Sequence record: NC_054914.1
DNA: 64,000 bases
Source: Escherichia phage vB_EcoM-fFiEco06
Strand: one strand, 5' to 3'
The notes beneath the pieces were generated by a model. It made no database searches. It was not told the DNA's origin and saw only the letters and a program-made list of their open reading frames with translations. How positions within the stretch are numbered: position 1 is the first letter of the stretch; the number at the start of each line of letters is the position of its first letter. Of this stretch, positions 19,347-27,692 are shown in pieces. Both the position numbers and the translations under genes were made by a program.

Positions 19347-19379
19347 TGTATAGTACCACAGAGGAACAGTCTTGTAAAC
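19347..19379 (-). promoter_or_regulatory. T4-type early promoter
   Basis: Minus strand GTTTACAAGACTGTTCCTCTGTGGTACTATAC, followed by GGAGGA RBS. Confidence 0.55.
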
Positions 19380-19381
19380 CA

Positions 19382-19696
19382 CTAAAAGAAACTTCTTTCA
19401 CAATTTTTTCCACTGAACCATGCGCTTACCGCTTTCTTAGTCTCAGGAGCAGTGTTATCCATAAACCATTCAAAGGCAGCCTTTTTATGATTCTGGAGGG
19501 CTTCTCGGGCTTTAATCTGCTCACGGTCTATTAACACTAACATATGAGCCTTTCTTGTCACCATGGGCTTCTTATGATTTTTTGAATACTCCCAGTCATT
19601 TGTCCATCGCATTGTCGTTGCGAACTTAAATACTGCTTCTTTAATTTTAGTTTCGTAAATTTCACGAGCCTTTGAGTATAACATCATTACCTCCAT
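19382..19696 (-). CDS. Hypothetical protein
   Basis: 104 aa. Confidence 0.4.
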   Translation of the reverse strand: MEVMMLYSKAREIYETKIKEAVFKFATTMRWTNDWEYSKNHKKPMVTRKAHMLVLIDREQIKAREALQNHKKAAFEWFMDNTAPETKKAVSAWFSGKNCERSFF

Positions 19697-19786
19697 TCAC
19701 CAGTTTAATTCTAGTCATCTTTTTAATGGCAGTCCATATAATCTATTTCTGAACTGCCTTTTTGTCATAGAAGTCCTCTTATGAAT

Positions 19787-20773
19787 TTATTTCAGAAGAG
19801 TAACCTCAGCGATTTCTTCCCAACCGTTTTTGTCGGTCATAATAAAGTCAGCAAGATAAAGAGCAGTACGCAGTGAAACATTGCGTAAACGATTAACATT
19901 AACTTTCATCCATGATAATGCTTTATAAGTTTCTTCATCAGAAAGACCGCGCTTTTGCATCATGTCGGTTGAAAGAATAACATCTTCAACCCTGACCATA
20001 ATTTCTTCATTAGTGTGAACACCCAAATCTAAATAAACTGAGCGGGACACTAATGCTTGTAAATGTGGAGCAAGTTTAGTACCACGGTCTAATTCGCGGT
20101 CAATATCAACGTTTGTGATAAAAACAATCGTTCCTTTAAATTCAAACTCACGCTCAATGCCTTTTTCTTCTAAGTAAGAAGATGCAGTGCTCCAGCAGAC
20201 TTTACGGGTCTCTCCAGTGTCCAGAGCAGCTTTCAGAAGATTAAGAATGTCCATATCAGAGAAAACATCCACATCATCAATCAAAAGGACAGAATTCTCT
20301 TCACGATTATTCCAAAGTTGTTCATAAAGACCGATACCGGAGATTTTACCGTTAATGCTTTTATATTCAATGTATCCATTATCATTTGCTTTATTCAAAG
20401 CTTTATCTAAAGAATACGTTTTACCAATACCCGCCGCACCAGAGATAATTAATGAACGAATGTTTCCGTTAATAATACCATTCGTCATCATTCCCATAAC
20501 ATTAAATCTTTTATTAATGCGGGTTTTCATATCTTCATATGATTCTTTAACTTCTTCAACTTTTACACCATCATATGAAATGTCTGATTTGTAAACCCAA
20601 ACACCGCGACGCTTACCGTCAATTTCAACAAAAACTTTACCATCTCCTTGTGCATCTACCGGAGCATTATCTGGGAACCATTCACCTAAGAGCTCAAAAG
20701 TTCCAGAGATTTCTTTACCGAAGTAGATACCCTTATTGATAGTTACAGTTTTCATTTTATTCTCCAATCTCAC
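19787..20773 (-). CDS. P-loop ATPase (AAA-like) with N-terminal extra domain
   Basis: 328 aa; Walker A GAAGIGKT, Walker B VLLIDDVD. Confidence 0.6.
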   Translation of the reverse strand: MRLENKMKTVTINKGIYFGKEISGTFELLGEWFPDNAPVDAQGDGKVFVEIDGKRRGVWVYKSDISYDGVKVEEVKESYEDMKTRINKRFNVMGMMTNGIINGNIRSLIISGAAGIGKTYSLDKALNKANDNGYIEYKSINGKISGIGLYEQLWNNREENSVLLIDDVDVFSDMDILNLLKAALDTGETRKVCWSTASSYLEEKGIEREFEFKGTIVFITNVDIDRELDRGTKLAPHLQALVSRSVYLDLGVHTNEEIMVRVEDVILSTDMMQKRGLSDEETYKALSWMKVNVNRLRNVSLRTALYLADFIMTDKNGWEEIAEVTLLK

Positions 20774-20789
20774 ATTTGTTTTGATAGGG

Positions 20790-20821
20790 TAATAGTATCA
20801 CACTACTACCCTTCTGTAAAC
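20790..20821 (-). promoter_or_regulatory. T4-type early promoter
   Basis: Minus strand GTTTACAGAAGGGTAGTAGTGTGATACTATTACCCT. Confidence 0.55.
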
Positions 20822-20824
20822 AAT

Positions 20825-21088
20825 TTATTTTAACGTTCGCCAAATTTTTACTGCTTCACGGCGAGATACTTCTACAGCTCCAAGTTCTACAGCTTTTTGG
20901 CGTCGGCGAGCGTGTAAGTCATAATGTTTAATGCGTTTATCTTGAAACCAAGAACGTTTCATTCCTATTGCTTCTGCCATTTCATGAAGCTCTTCAATAT
21001 CTCCATCAGTGAACATATGACAATTTTTAGTTGGATGACCGCGAAGTTTCCATCCATGATTCATTAAAACATCTACGTAAACTGTCAT
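20825..21088 (-). CDS. Small conserved protein (resembles a bacterial DUF4031-type domain)
   Basis: 87 aa; HMFTDG...EELHEMAEAIGMKRSWFQ...HYDL motif. Family assignment from memory. Confidence 0.4.
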   Translation of the reverse strand: MTVYVDVLMNHGWKLRGHPTKNCHMFTDGDIEELHEMAEAIGMKRSWFQDKRIKHYDLHARRRQKAVELGAVEVSRREAVKIWRTLK

Positions 21089-21303
21089 TGATTCTTCTCC
21101 AAATAAGTTTCGATAATTTTCTGAGCGAGATAAACTGCATTATCTTCAGTTGCATCTTCTAAGAAACTTTCAAAACACTCTGAAATTTCTTCTGTATCAA
21201 TCAACTTTTTTACTTCAATTGGTGTAATTTTCATTTTGTTTTTCCGTTTAAGTGTTTGTTTTGATAGTTGTATAGTACCATAAAGCTTTATGCTTGTAAA
21301 CAA
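21085..21303 (-). CDS. Hypothetical small protein
   Basis: 72 aa; the 5' end overlaps a predicted promoter, so the start may be internal. Confidence 0.35.
   Translation of the reverse strand: MFTSIKLYGTIQLSKQTLKRKNKMKITPIEVKKLIDTEEISECFESFLEDATEDNAVYLAQKIIETYLEKNQ
21270..21301 (-). promoter_or_regulatory. T4-type early promoter
   Basis: Minus strand GTTTACAAGCATAAAGCTTTATGGTACTATAC; adjacent to the terminator at 21318-21349. Confidence 0.55.
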
Positions 21304-21317
21304 TTTTGTGAAAAATT

Positions 21318-21349
21318 TTTGAAATAAAAAAGGGAGCCCGAAGGCTCCC
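21318..21349 (-). terminator. Rho-independent terminator
   Basis: GGGAGCC-UUCG-GGCUCCC followed by UUUUUUAUUU on the minus strand. Confidence 0.7.
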
Positions 21350-21351
21350 TA

Positions 21352-22365
21352 TCATTTATAATAACTTCGGTGGTTTTCAAGATAAACCCTCTCAAGGAAG
21401 TCATCCCAAAAACCCATGTCTACTTTTTGCTGCATACCGTTCTTAGAAGCTTCAGTAGATGCTGCTTCTACTTGATCGACCACATCTTCCAAAAACTCTT
21501 GAACCGTTTTAAATGGATGTTTACCCAACTTCACGTCGAGAATAAATGGAGCATCTTGGAGTGGATAAACCAAGTCACCAGTTTTGTAAATTTCCAATAG
21601 TTGGAGTCCACCACGGCAAGCATGACTCAGAGCTTTCCAGTCAATACCTTCATTGGCTTCGGCCTTACGAGCACGTTCACCGTATTCAGCATCTAATTTG
21701 TTCAGTGACTGCTTAAGCTCAATAAGAGAAAGCGTTGTCTGATATTTACGACCCAACACTGTGTAGAACGTCTGTGGGCCTGTTTTCTCATGATTATGGA
21801 ACACCCATTCACAGAATTCGTTTTCTGGAAGACGATGCTTAATATCTTCAACTTTAGTACGACGCTGCTTAATAGAACCATCTTCTTGGTAATCAACCCA
21901 TTGCTCAGGGATTTGATTAACTACTTTCAATACATCACGTAATGCAGCCAAACGAGAACCCTTAACGCCGTATTTAGAAGCTTGCTTACGGACATATCCT
22001 AAATAGGATTTCATGTTAGTCGTATAAAAACGAGAACGGTTGTCTTGAATAAACTTCCACACATCAGGCAAATCAGATTTAACCACTAGTTCAGGTGGAG
22101 TGTGAAGCATATCTAACGCTACAGTTTCACCATCTGCTGCTAATTTAAAGAAATATTTAAGACTGTATAGTTCATGGTCAATATCATCTTTAGTGTTTTT
22201 AGATGATGTGTTGTTAGTGTTTTTACTCATGTGCTCTTTAACATTTCCGATAAGAATATCACGAGCAGGAGGAACAAAGATTTCTTTAAAATCTACATCA
22301 GATTCTGGGGTAGAAGTTCCATAAAGATGACTACCAAAATAGCTTTTCATTACTGTTTTCATCAT
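21352..22365 (-). CDS. Nucleotidyltransferase-fold protein (Pol-beta superfamily-like)
   Basis: 337 aa; N-terminal GSHLYGTSTPESDVD matches the hG[GS]x(9-13)DxD pattern. Confidence 0.5.
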   Translation of the reverse strand: MMKTVMKSYFGSHLYGTSTPESDVDFKEIFVPPARDILIGNVKEHMSKNTNNTSSKNTKDDIDHELYSLKYFFKLAADGETVALDMLHTPPELVVKSDLPDVWKFIQDNRSRFYTTNMKSYLGYVRKQASKYGVKGSRLAALRDVLKVVNQIPEQWVDYQEDGSIKQRRTKVEDIKHRLPENEFCEWVFHNHEKTGPQTFYTVLGRKYQTTLSLIELKQSLNKLDAEYGERARKAEANEGIDWKALSHACRGGLQLLEIYKTGDLVYPLQDAPFILDVKLGKHPFKTVQEFLEDVVDQVEAASTEASKNGMQQKVDMGFWDDFLERVYLENHRSYYK

Positions 22366-22823
22366 TCAGCCTTATATTCAATAACAGGACATACTTTAGC
22401 TTTACGAGCTTTTAAAAATTCAACGATAATCGATTTCTTGGGTTGAATAGGAGGTAAACCTTTATACGCCCTATCAATATTTTCTACGTGTAAAGCATAA
22501 TCCTTTTTCCATTTATAATCTTTATATTTTTCACGCAGTTGTGCAGGAATAACAAATGAACCGATAATAAGTAAAACAAGCAAAATGGCAAGTATAAATG
22601 CTGATGGAATAAGAGTCCATAAACTACCAAAAATAAGCCATTTCTGTATGATTTCTGCGCAGATGATAGTTAGACCTACGAGTATAGTACATCCGAAAAA
22701 AGAAACGAAAAATGTAGGGATAACAATAGACCAAAAGTATGCGCACAGCGTCTTAGGTCGTTGCCATTCATCGTTAAACAATTTGAATAATTTATAGTGC
22801 CAAGAGTTTTCATTAATAATCAT
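22362..22823 (-). CDS. Membrane protein
   Basis: 153 aa with 2-3 hydrophobic helices. Confidence 0.5.
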   Translation of the reverse strand: MIINENSWHYKLFKLFNDEWQRPKTLCAYFWSIVIPTFFVSFFGCTILVGLTIICAEIIQKWLIFGSLWTLIPSAFILAILLVLLIIGSFVIPAQLREKYKDYKWKKDYALHVENIDRAYKGLPPIQPKKSIIVEFLKARKAKVCPVIEYKAE

Positions 22824-22825
22824 AA

Positions 22826-23347
22826 TTATCCTTTCATTGAAGGTGTAACAGTTGTTAAATACTTAATCATAGCTTCAGCTTCTGATTTTGATAATGAAAT
22901 TTCTTCATTGTTTTGACGAATAGAAATAAAATCCGGATGACGGTCACCACCAGCTTTTAAAACACACATATAAGTATCAGTTTCATCTTCAATATCTGAA
23001 ATGATTGAAGCAGTTCCACATGAATGCGGTTTTTGATAAATCAATACAGCTTTTCTTCCGCCATTTGACTGTTCATAAACTTTTAATACATCAAACAAAT
23101 CACTTCTTTTATCAATAGCTAAAATGTTATTTTCATCTTCAATGTTAAATCCTTCGGATACTTCATAAAGTGTCACCCATAAATCGCCAATATCAATAAC
23201 AGCGTTCACTTTTCCATGACTTTCAAGAGCATGACAAATTTTCTTGATTTCGTCATAACTCATTTTAATAATATCATCTCCTTGAATAAGAAAGATGTCA
23301 TTTTTAAATTCAACACGAATTAAACCACTTCCACTTGAAATAAACAT
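22826..23347 (-). CDS. Hypothetical protein, paralog of 23354..23911
   Basis: 173 aa; C-terminal SKSEAEAMIKYLTTVTPSM resembles TKDEAIALKTYLDSVIPTM of the neighbour. Confidence 0.5.
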   Translation of the reverse strand: MFISSGSGLIRVEFKNDIFLIQGDDIIKMSYDEIKKICHALESHGKVNAVIDIGDLWVTLYEVSEGFNIEDENNILAIDKRSDLFDVLKVYEQSNGGRKAVLIYQKPHSCGTASIISDIEDETDTYMCVLKAGGDRHPDFISIRQNNEEISLSKSEAEAMIKYLTTVTPSMKG

Positions 23348-23353
23348 ATTTCC

Positions 23354-23911
23354 TCACTTTGAAATCATAGTTGGAATGACAGAATCGAGATAAGTCTTTA
23401 GCGCAATAGCTTCGTCTTTGGTAAATGTGACAATATACGATCGAAAATCATCAATTTGACGAATAGTTAAGACATCACCATCTTCATAGCATTTTGATAC
23501 GTTTAAAACAGTTTCATCATTCTGATTGCAAGCGTTAGTAATAATAGCATTGCAATTTTTGAGCCATTTTAAACTATGTTTTCTTTCATTAGAATAATAA
23601 AAATATTTAATCTTATCTATAAAACTATCCCAATGGATAACTGATAAACACATTGACTCACTTTTAATATTAAATCCTGGGCATGAAGAATAAAAATGAA
23701 TTTTGTGCTCATCATTGATGCTTACTATTTTATCAGTATAAGGATATTCAATTTGGGTTAAATGAATGATTTCACTAGGCGTAAAATATAGCATATCGTC
23801 TTCTTGTGTCAAACGATACATATTATTTACTTTTTCTATAGCTAATTCACCAAAAAGCGGACTAACTTCTAATACTAATCGTTTCATATTGATTCTCTTC
23901 GACTCACCCAC
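23354..23911 (-). CDS. Hypothetical protein, paralog of 22826..23347
   Basis: 185 aa; GTG start. Confidence 0.5.
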   Translation of the reverse strand: MGESKRINMKRLVLEVSPLFGELAIEKVNNMYRLTQEDDMLYFTPSEIIHLTQIEYPYTDKIVSINDEHKIHFYSSCPGFNIKSESMCLSVIHWDSFIDKIKYFYYSNERKHSLKWLKNCNAIITNACNQNDETVLNVSKCYEDGDVLTIRQIDDFRSYIVTFTKDEAIALKTYLDSVIPTMISK

Positions 23912-23913
23912 AA

Positions 23914-24018
23914 TTACATACTCCTTTGAATAATATCAATAATGTTGTTCACCAGATTATAAGTAAACATTGGATAATTATATTGAATCATCACATACAC
24001 AACAAACAAAACTTTCAT
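23914..24018 (-). CDS. Small hydrophobic peptide (about 34 aa)
   Basis: Hand-found ORF MKVLFVVYVMIQYNYPMF... preceded by AAGGAG and the promoter at 24036-24076. Confidence 0.3.
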   Translation of the reverse strand: MKVLFVVYVMIQYNYPMFTYNLVNNIIDIIQRSM

Positions 24019-24035
24019 TCTCTTCTCCTTGGCAG

Positions 24036-24076
24036 TTGACAAGATTACTATATCATAATCTTGTCAACTTGTAAAC
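24036..24076 (-). promoter_or_regulatory. Early promoter candidate within a 12-bp perfect inverted repeat
   Basis: GTTGACAAGATT...AATCTTGTCAAC palindrome; minus-strand GTTTACA upstream. Confidence 0.4.
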
Positions 24077-24241
24077 CATTAAATGACGTTTTCAATAAAA
24101 TTCTGAAGCTTTGTGTGAGCATCAACCATGATTTTCATTTCTTCTTTGGCGAAAGCTGTACCTCTTTCCCGAGAAGAACACTCATAGTCAGAAACTGCAT
24201 TAGCATATTCTTCAATTAGTTTCATTAAAAACATCTGCTTT

Positions 24242-24436
24242 TCAGTTTTCATTGTTCCACCTAATCATTTCAAGATATTGAACTAACTTAGCTTTAGATT
24301 TATCCAAATCCTTTTTAGCTGCTTCTATACCATCGTATGAATATCCTTCACAATGCTCAACTGCTAATTGATATGAATCTATTTCAATATCACGTGCTAA
24401 TTTAATGATTTTTTCAAACTGTTCGCGTGTTAGCAT
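24242..24436 (-). CDS. Hypothetical small protein
   Basis: 64 aa. Confidence 0.4.
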   Translation of the reverse strand: MLTREQFEKIIKLARDIEIDSYQLAVEHCEGYSYDGIEAAKKDLDKSKAKLVQYLEMIRWNNEN

Positions 24437-24438
24437 AC

Positions 24439-24678
24439 TTACACTCTCGTATTATGATCGATAATTTCATCAAGAAACATATCTAACGCTTCTATAGCAT
24501 TATCAACTTTAGCTTCAAGTTCTTCAGCGCCTTTATTTGCAATGCCTGCCGAAAACCAAGCAAAGTCACTAAGTTCCTCATCTGCTTTGCGAATTAAAGC
24601 TACCAATTCTTTAATTTTATCTGCTTGTTCAATGCTAGTCATTATTCCACCACATATGAAAGAGAGAATATTGCACAC
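24439..24678 (-). CDS. Hypothetical small acidic protein
   Basis: 79 aa. Confidence 0.4.
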   Translation of the reverse strand: MCNILSFICGGIMTSIEQADKIKELVALIRKADEELSDFAWFSAGIANKGAEELEAKVDNAIEALDMFLDEIIDHNTRV

Positions 24679-24830
24679 GCCATATGAGTTGCAGCTTCAT
24701 CACACATATCATAACGTTTCTTAAGAAGTTCTACAAGTTCTTCACTAGTAACTTCATCCATGTCGACGAAAAAATCACCATTAATGATGACGTAGATATT
24801 TCCTTCTTGATTAAGTGCTTCAATTTTCAT
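24642..24830 (-). CDS. Hypothetical small protein
   Basis: Start moved to Met16 (RBS AAAGAGGAGAA), downstream of the promoter at 24855-24888. Confidence 0.4.
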   Translation of the reverse strand: MKIEALNQEGNIYVIINGDFFVDMDEVTSEELVELLKKRYDMCDEAATHMACAIFSLSYVVE

Positions 24831-24854
24831 GATGTTCTCCTCTTTATCCGATAG

Positions 24855-24888
24855 TTGTATAGTATCACAGCTCAAACGGAAAGTAAAC
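24855..24888 (-). promoter_or_regulatory. T4-type early promoter
   Basis: Minus strand GTTTAC...GTGATACTATAC; adjacent to the terminator at 24895-24920. Confidence 0.5.
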
Positions 24889-24894
24889 CGGTAA

Positions 24895-24920
24895 AATGAA
24901 AAAAGTCTCCCGAAGGAGAC
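24895..24920 (-). terminator. Rho-independent terminator
   Basis: GUCUCC-UUCG-GGAGAC followed by UUUUUUCAUUUU. Confidence 0.65.
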
Positions 24921-24925
24921 TAATG

Positions 24926-25312
24926 TTATTCGAGGGAAAGAAGATACTTACTCTGGTAAAACATTCCAGTAATATCATCTATCGTGCTTTGAATGGCTGG
25001 AGGCATTTCTTTATAAATGCTGTTAGATTGGTCTAGTATGCGATCAATCATTTTAATTGTGTCGGTAGGAAGTTTACTGGCATCTGGAATTGAAGGCGTG
25101 TATTTTCTACCAGAATACCCCAAATATTGCTCACCAAATTTATCAATCAAATCTGGCAATTCGGAGAAAATAAAATCGTATGCTTTGTGTCTAGCATAAC
25201 TTTTAGTTTCAAAATGCGCAGAATGAAAATAAGCTTGTGCAGCCATTAATAAACCTAAGTATTCATCTGCCTTTGAAGGTTTTCCACTTTGTGAAAAGTC
25301 GCTGAATTTCAT
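24926..25312 (-). CDS. Hypothetical protein (rI.1 position)
   Basis: 128 aa, directly downstream of rI. Confidence 0.45.
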   Translation of the reverse strand: MKFSDFSQSGKPSKADEYLGLLMAAQAYFHSAHFETKSYARHKAYDFIFSELPDLIDKFGEQYLGYSGRKYTPSIPDASKLPTDTIKMIDRILDQSNSIYKEMPPAIQSTIDDITGMFYQSKYLLSLE

Positions 25313-25602
25313 TCAGTCTCCAATTTAATGTTCATAATTCTAGCGTATGATTGTGCCATCTCCGCGCCTCGTTCTATACATTCAAAATCAGAAGAGCACG
25401 GGTCATTTTTATAGGTCGTTCTCATAAAACTATAGAACTGTTCAGATGATTCTACGCTTTTATTTTCAAAAAGCATATAAACATGTCTAATACCAGATTC
25501 CATAAATTTATCAAAATGAGGATCGACATTCGCTTCAATCGATGGAGATAAAACAAATGACAATCCTAGCATGGCAAATAGTGCCGTTGCTTTTAAGGCC
25601 AT
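25309..25602 (-). CDS. rI: Lysis inhibition regulator RI (antiholin)
   Basis: 97 aa; N-terminal signal-anchor MALKATALFAMLGLSFVLSPSIEA; matches T4 RI as recalled. Confidence 0.85.
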   Translation of the reverse strand: MALKATALFAMLGLSFVLSPSIEANVDPHFDKFMESGIRHVYMLFENKSVESSEQFYSFMRTTYKNDPCSSDFECIERGAEMAQSYARIMNIKLETE

Positions 25603-25614
25603 AAAGGCCTCCTA

Positions 25615-25827
25615 TCATTTTTGTCCTGTATTTACTTTATGCCGATGCACGGCCTTAACTTTATCAAGGTATTTTTCAAAATTTCGCAATCTAGTATAGT
25701 CTGCCGGAGATTGATTGAGTGATACTTCTCGACGCAAAGCTGAAATGATATTTCCAACTTCCCTACGAATTTCATCTAATTGAAGCACAGTAAGATTGCG
25801 AAGTTGCTTTTCAGTTAATTGTAGCAT
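25615..25827 (-). CDS. Hypothetical small protein
   Basis: 70 aa between tk and rI. Confidence 0.4.
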
Positions 25828-25869
25828 ATATACCCCTTTAGTTAGATAAACCTATTTATAACTTTTGCA

Positions 25870-26451
25870 CTAACCGAGCTTTTTAGTTAATTCATTCCAA
25901 TGTTTTCTACACAAAGAAACATAAATTTCATCACCAATACAGATTTGATTACCTTCTTTAACTGGTGTTCCATCTTCCATTAATCGAGCTGTCATAATCG
26001 CTTTTTTACCACAATGACAAACTGCTTTTAATTCAATAAGTTTATCTGCAATCGCTAAAAGTTCTTTAGAACCTTCAAATAATTTTCCAGCGAAATCAGT
26101 CCTTAATCCATAAGCCATAACAGGAACATTATATGTATCAACAATTCGACTTAATTGATGCACTTGTTCAGTTTTTAAAAACTGAGCTTCATCTACAAAT
26201 ACGCAATGAATATCTTTTTGTGCTTCAGCCCATTTATAGAACTCGAAAATATCCATATCATCTGTAATAATATTCGCTTCCTGTTTAATTCCAATGCGAG
26301 AAACAACTTCACAGACAGAATCGCGAGTATCAATAGCAGGCTTAAGAACTAATACACTCATTCCACGTTCTTTATAATTATGTGCAGCAGTCAAAAGAGA
26401 AGCAGATTTTCCAGCATTCATTGCTGCATAAGTAAAAATTAAACTCGCCAT
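25870..26451 (-). CDS. tk: Thymidine kinase
   Basis: 193 aa; P-loop AMNAGKS and C-terminal CHCGKKA...C zinc motif. Confidence 0.92.
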   Translation of the reverse strand: MASLIFTYAAMNAGKSASLLTAAHNYKERGMSVLVLKPAIDTRDSVCEVVSRIGIKQEANIITDDMDIFEFYKWAEAQKDIHCVFVDEAQFLKTEQVHQLSRIVDTYNVPVMAYGLRTDFAGKLFEGSKELLAIADKLIELKAVCHCGKKAIMTARLMEDGTPVKEGNQICIGDEIYVSLCRKHWNELTKKLG

Positions 26452-26460
26452 ATCACCTTC

Positions 26461-26646
26461 TTAAAGCGTATTCACATAAGCTATTAATTCGTTTTCTTTC
26501 TTATCAAACCGATCAGCAAATTCTTCCTGCTGTTCTGGAGATAGCGGGCCGTATTCATCATAAAAGGTGTTTGCTTCTGTATGCTCATCTAGAAGTTCAT
26601 GGATAAGCTCAAACAATTTATCTTTTTGTTCTTTACTCAGACTCAT
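26461..26646 (-). CDS. Hypothetical small acidic protein (tk.1 position)
   Basis: 61 aa. Confidence 0.45.
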   Translation of the reverse strand: MSLSKEQKDKLFELIHELLDEHTEANTFYDEYGPLSPEQQEEFADRFDKKENELIAYVNTL

Positions 26647-26816
26647 ATATTAATTTCCAGGAGTTTTAAAATAATTCGCTTTTGCTTAAATATTTCCATA
26701 GTTAAATGACCAGTATCTTTTTGACCGATTCCAATGGCAAAACCTTTATTGACAGCGAGTTCAATTAAATTATCAAGCTCACGTAACACTTCATACTGTA
26801 ACTCAAAACTATTCAT
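26643..26816 (-). CDS. Small ORF (about 57 aa)
   Basis: Hand-found ORF MNSFELQYEVLRELDNLIEL...; ATGA start/stop overlaps with both neighbours. Confidence 0.3.
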   Translation of the reverse strand: MNSFELQYEVLRELDNLIELAVNKGFAIGIGQKDTGHLTMEIFKQKRIILKLLEINI

Positions 26817-27025
26817 TTCGGTTTACCTTCTTTAACGAAATCTGGATAAGGATAAAATCCCGAATAAAATCCTTCACCTTTATGATTGATGCATCCTTTA
26901 TTAGAACAATAGCACCAATAATCGAAATCACAAGCCATTTCATCGTTGCATAAAGCAAAAACAACTGGCCATTTACACTTTTCACAATGGGCATTTTTAA
27001 GAATACTAGTTTGGCTCATAACCAT
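26813..27025 (-). CDS. Cys-rich small protein (probable zinc binding)
   Basis: 70 aa with CEKCK...C...CDFDYWCYC...C. Confidence 0.45.
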   Translation of the reverse strand: MVMSQTSILKNAHCEKCKWPVVFALCNDEMACDFDYWCYCSNKGCINHKGEGFYSGFYPYPDFVKEGKPK

Positions 27026-27243
27026 GTAACCTTTAAGCAGTATTCTTCTACATGCTGTTTACGACCTTTCTTATCAATAAAGGTATATTCAACGAATGTT
27101 CCAATGTAGTCTTTATCTACATCATGCGGACTATTAATTGGACATTTAGTACGGCAAATGCGTTCCCATTGACGAATAATTACTGCCTTATTCTTTGGGT
27201 CATATGGATGTGGATAATGTATATTCATAATAACGGTTCCCAA
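27016..27243 (-). CDS. Hypothetical small protein
   Basis: 75 aa. Confidence 0.4.
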   Translation of the reverse strand: MGTVIMNIHYPHPYDPKNKAVIIRQWERICRTKCPINSPHDVDKDYIGTFVEYTFIDKKGRKQHVEEYCLKVTWL

Positions 27244-27692
27244 TCAACAATCACAATTTCTAATTTAGAGGAATATGTATCTAAAATCCCCTCAATAATA
27301 TCCCAGTTCCCTTTACCTATGCCTGCACCAATCCTAGGCATATAGATTGTAGGTTTAATCAGTTTATTTTCACCAAACTCATTTAATTCTAACATACAAT
27401 TCATTAAAGCGGAATACTCAAAATTTGGCCCTGGTTGAAATTGAGTATAAAGGTTGAAGCAATACGCTTTATGAGTCCTAAAGTATTTTTCATAGACTGA
27501 GTAAGAACCGAGTTTAGTTACATCACCCCATTCAGTCTGTAATTTATCAGCTTCCAAAATTTTAGGGAAAGCTTTGGTTAATTGACCCGCTACGCCTGAA
27601 CCCATAGTATGAAAACAATTGCATCCATGCGCAATATTTTTACCTTCAGCGAAAAGGGCGACAATATCGCCCTTGATATATTTTACAATCAT
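27225..27692 (-). CDS. Macro-domain protein (ADP-ribose binding/processing)
   Basis: 155 aa; GDIVALFAEGKNIAHGCNCFHTMGSGVAGQL matches macro-domain glycine-rich motifs. Confidence 0.65.
   Translation of the reverse strand: MIVKYIKGDIVALFAEGKNIAHGCNCFHTMGSGVAGQLTKAFPKILEADKLQTEWGDVTKLGSYSVYEKYFRTHKAYCFNLYTQFQPGPNFEYSALMNCMLELNEFGENKLIKPTIYMPRIGAGIGKGNWDIIEGILDTYSSKLEIVIVDWEPLL

Noticed and set aside
26809-26994. ORF 26809..26994 (61 aa) overlapping 26813..27025
   Set aside because: Alternative frame of the same stretch; the Cys-rich 70 aa frame, which is translationally coupled by ATGA overlaps, is more plausible.
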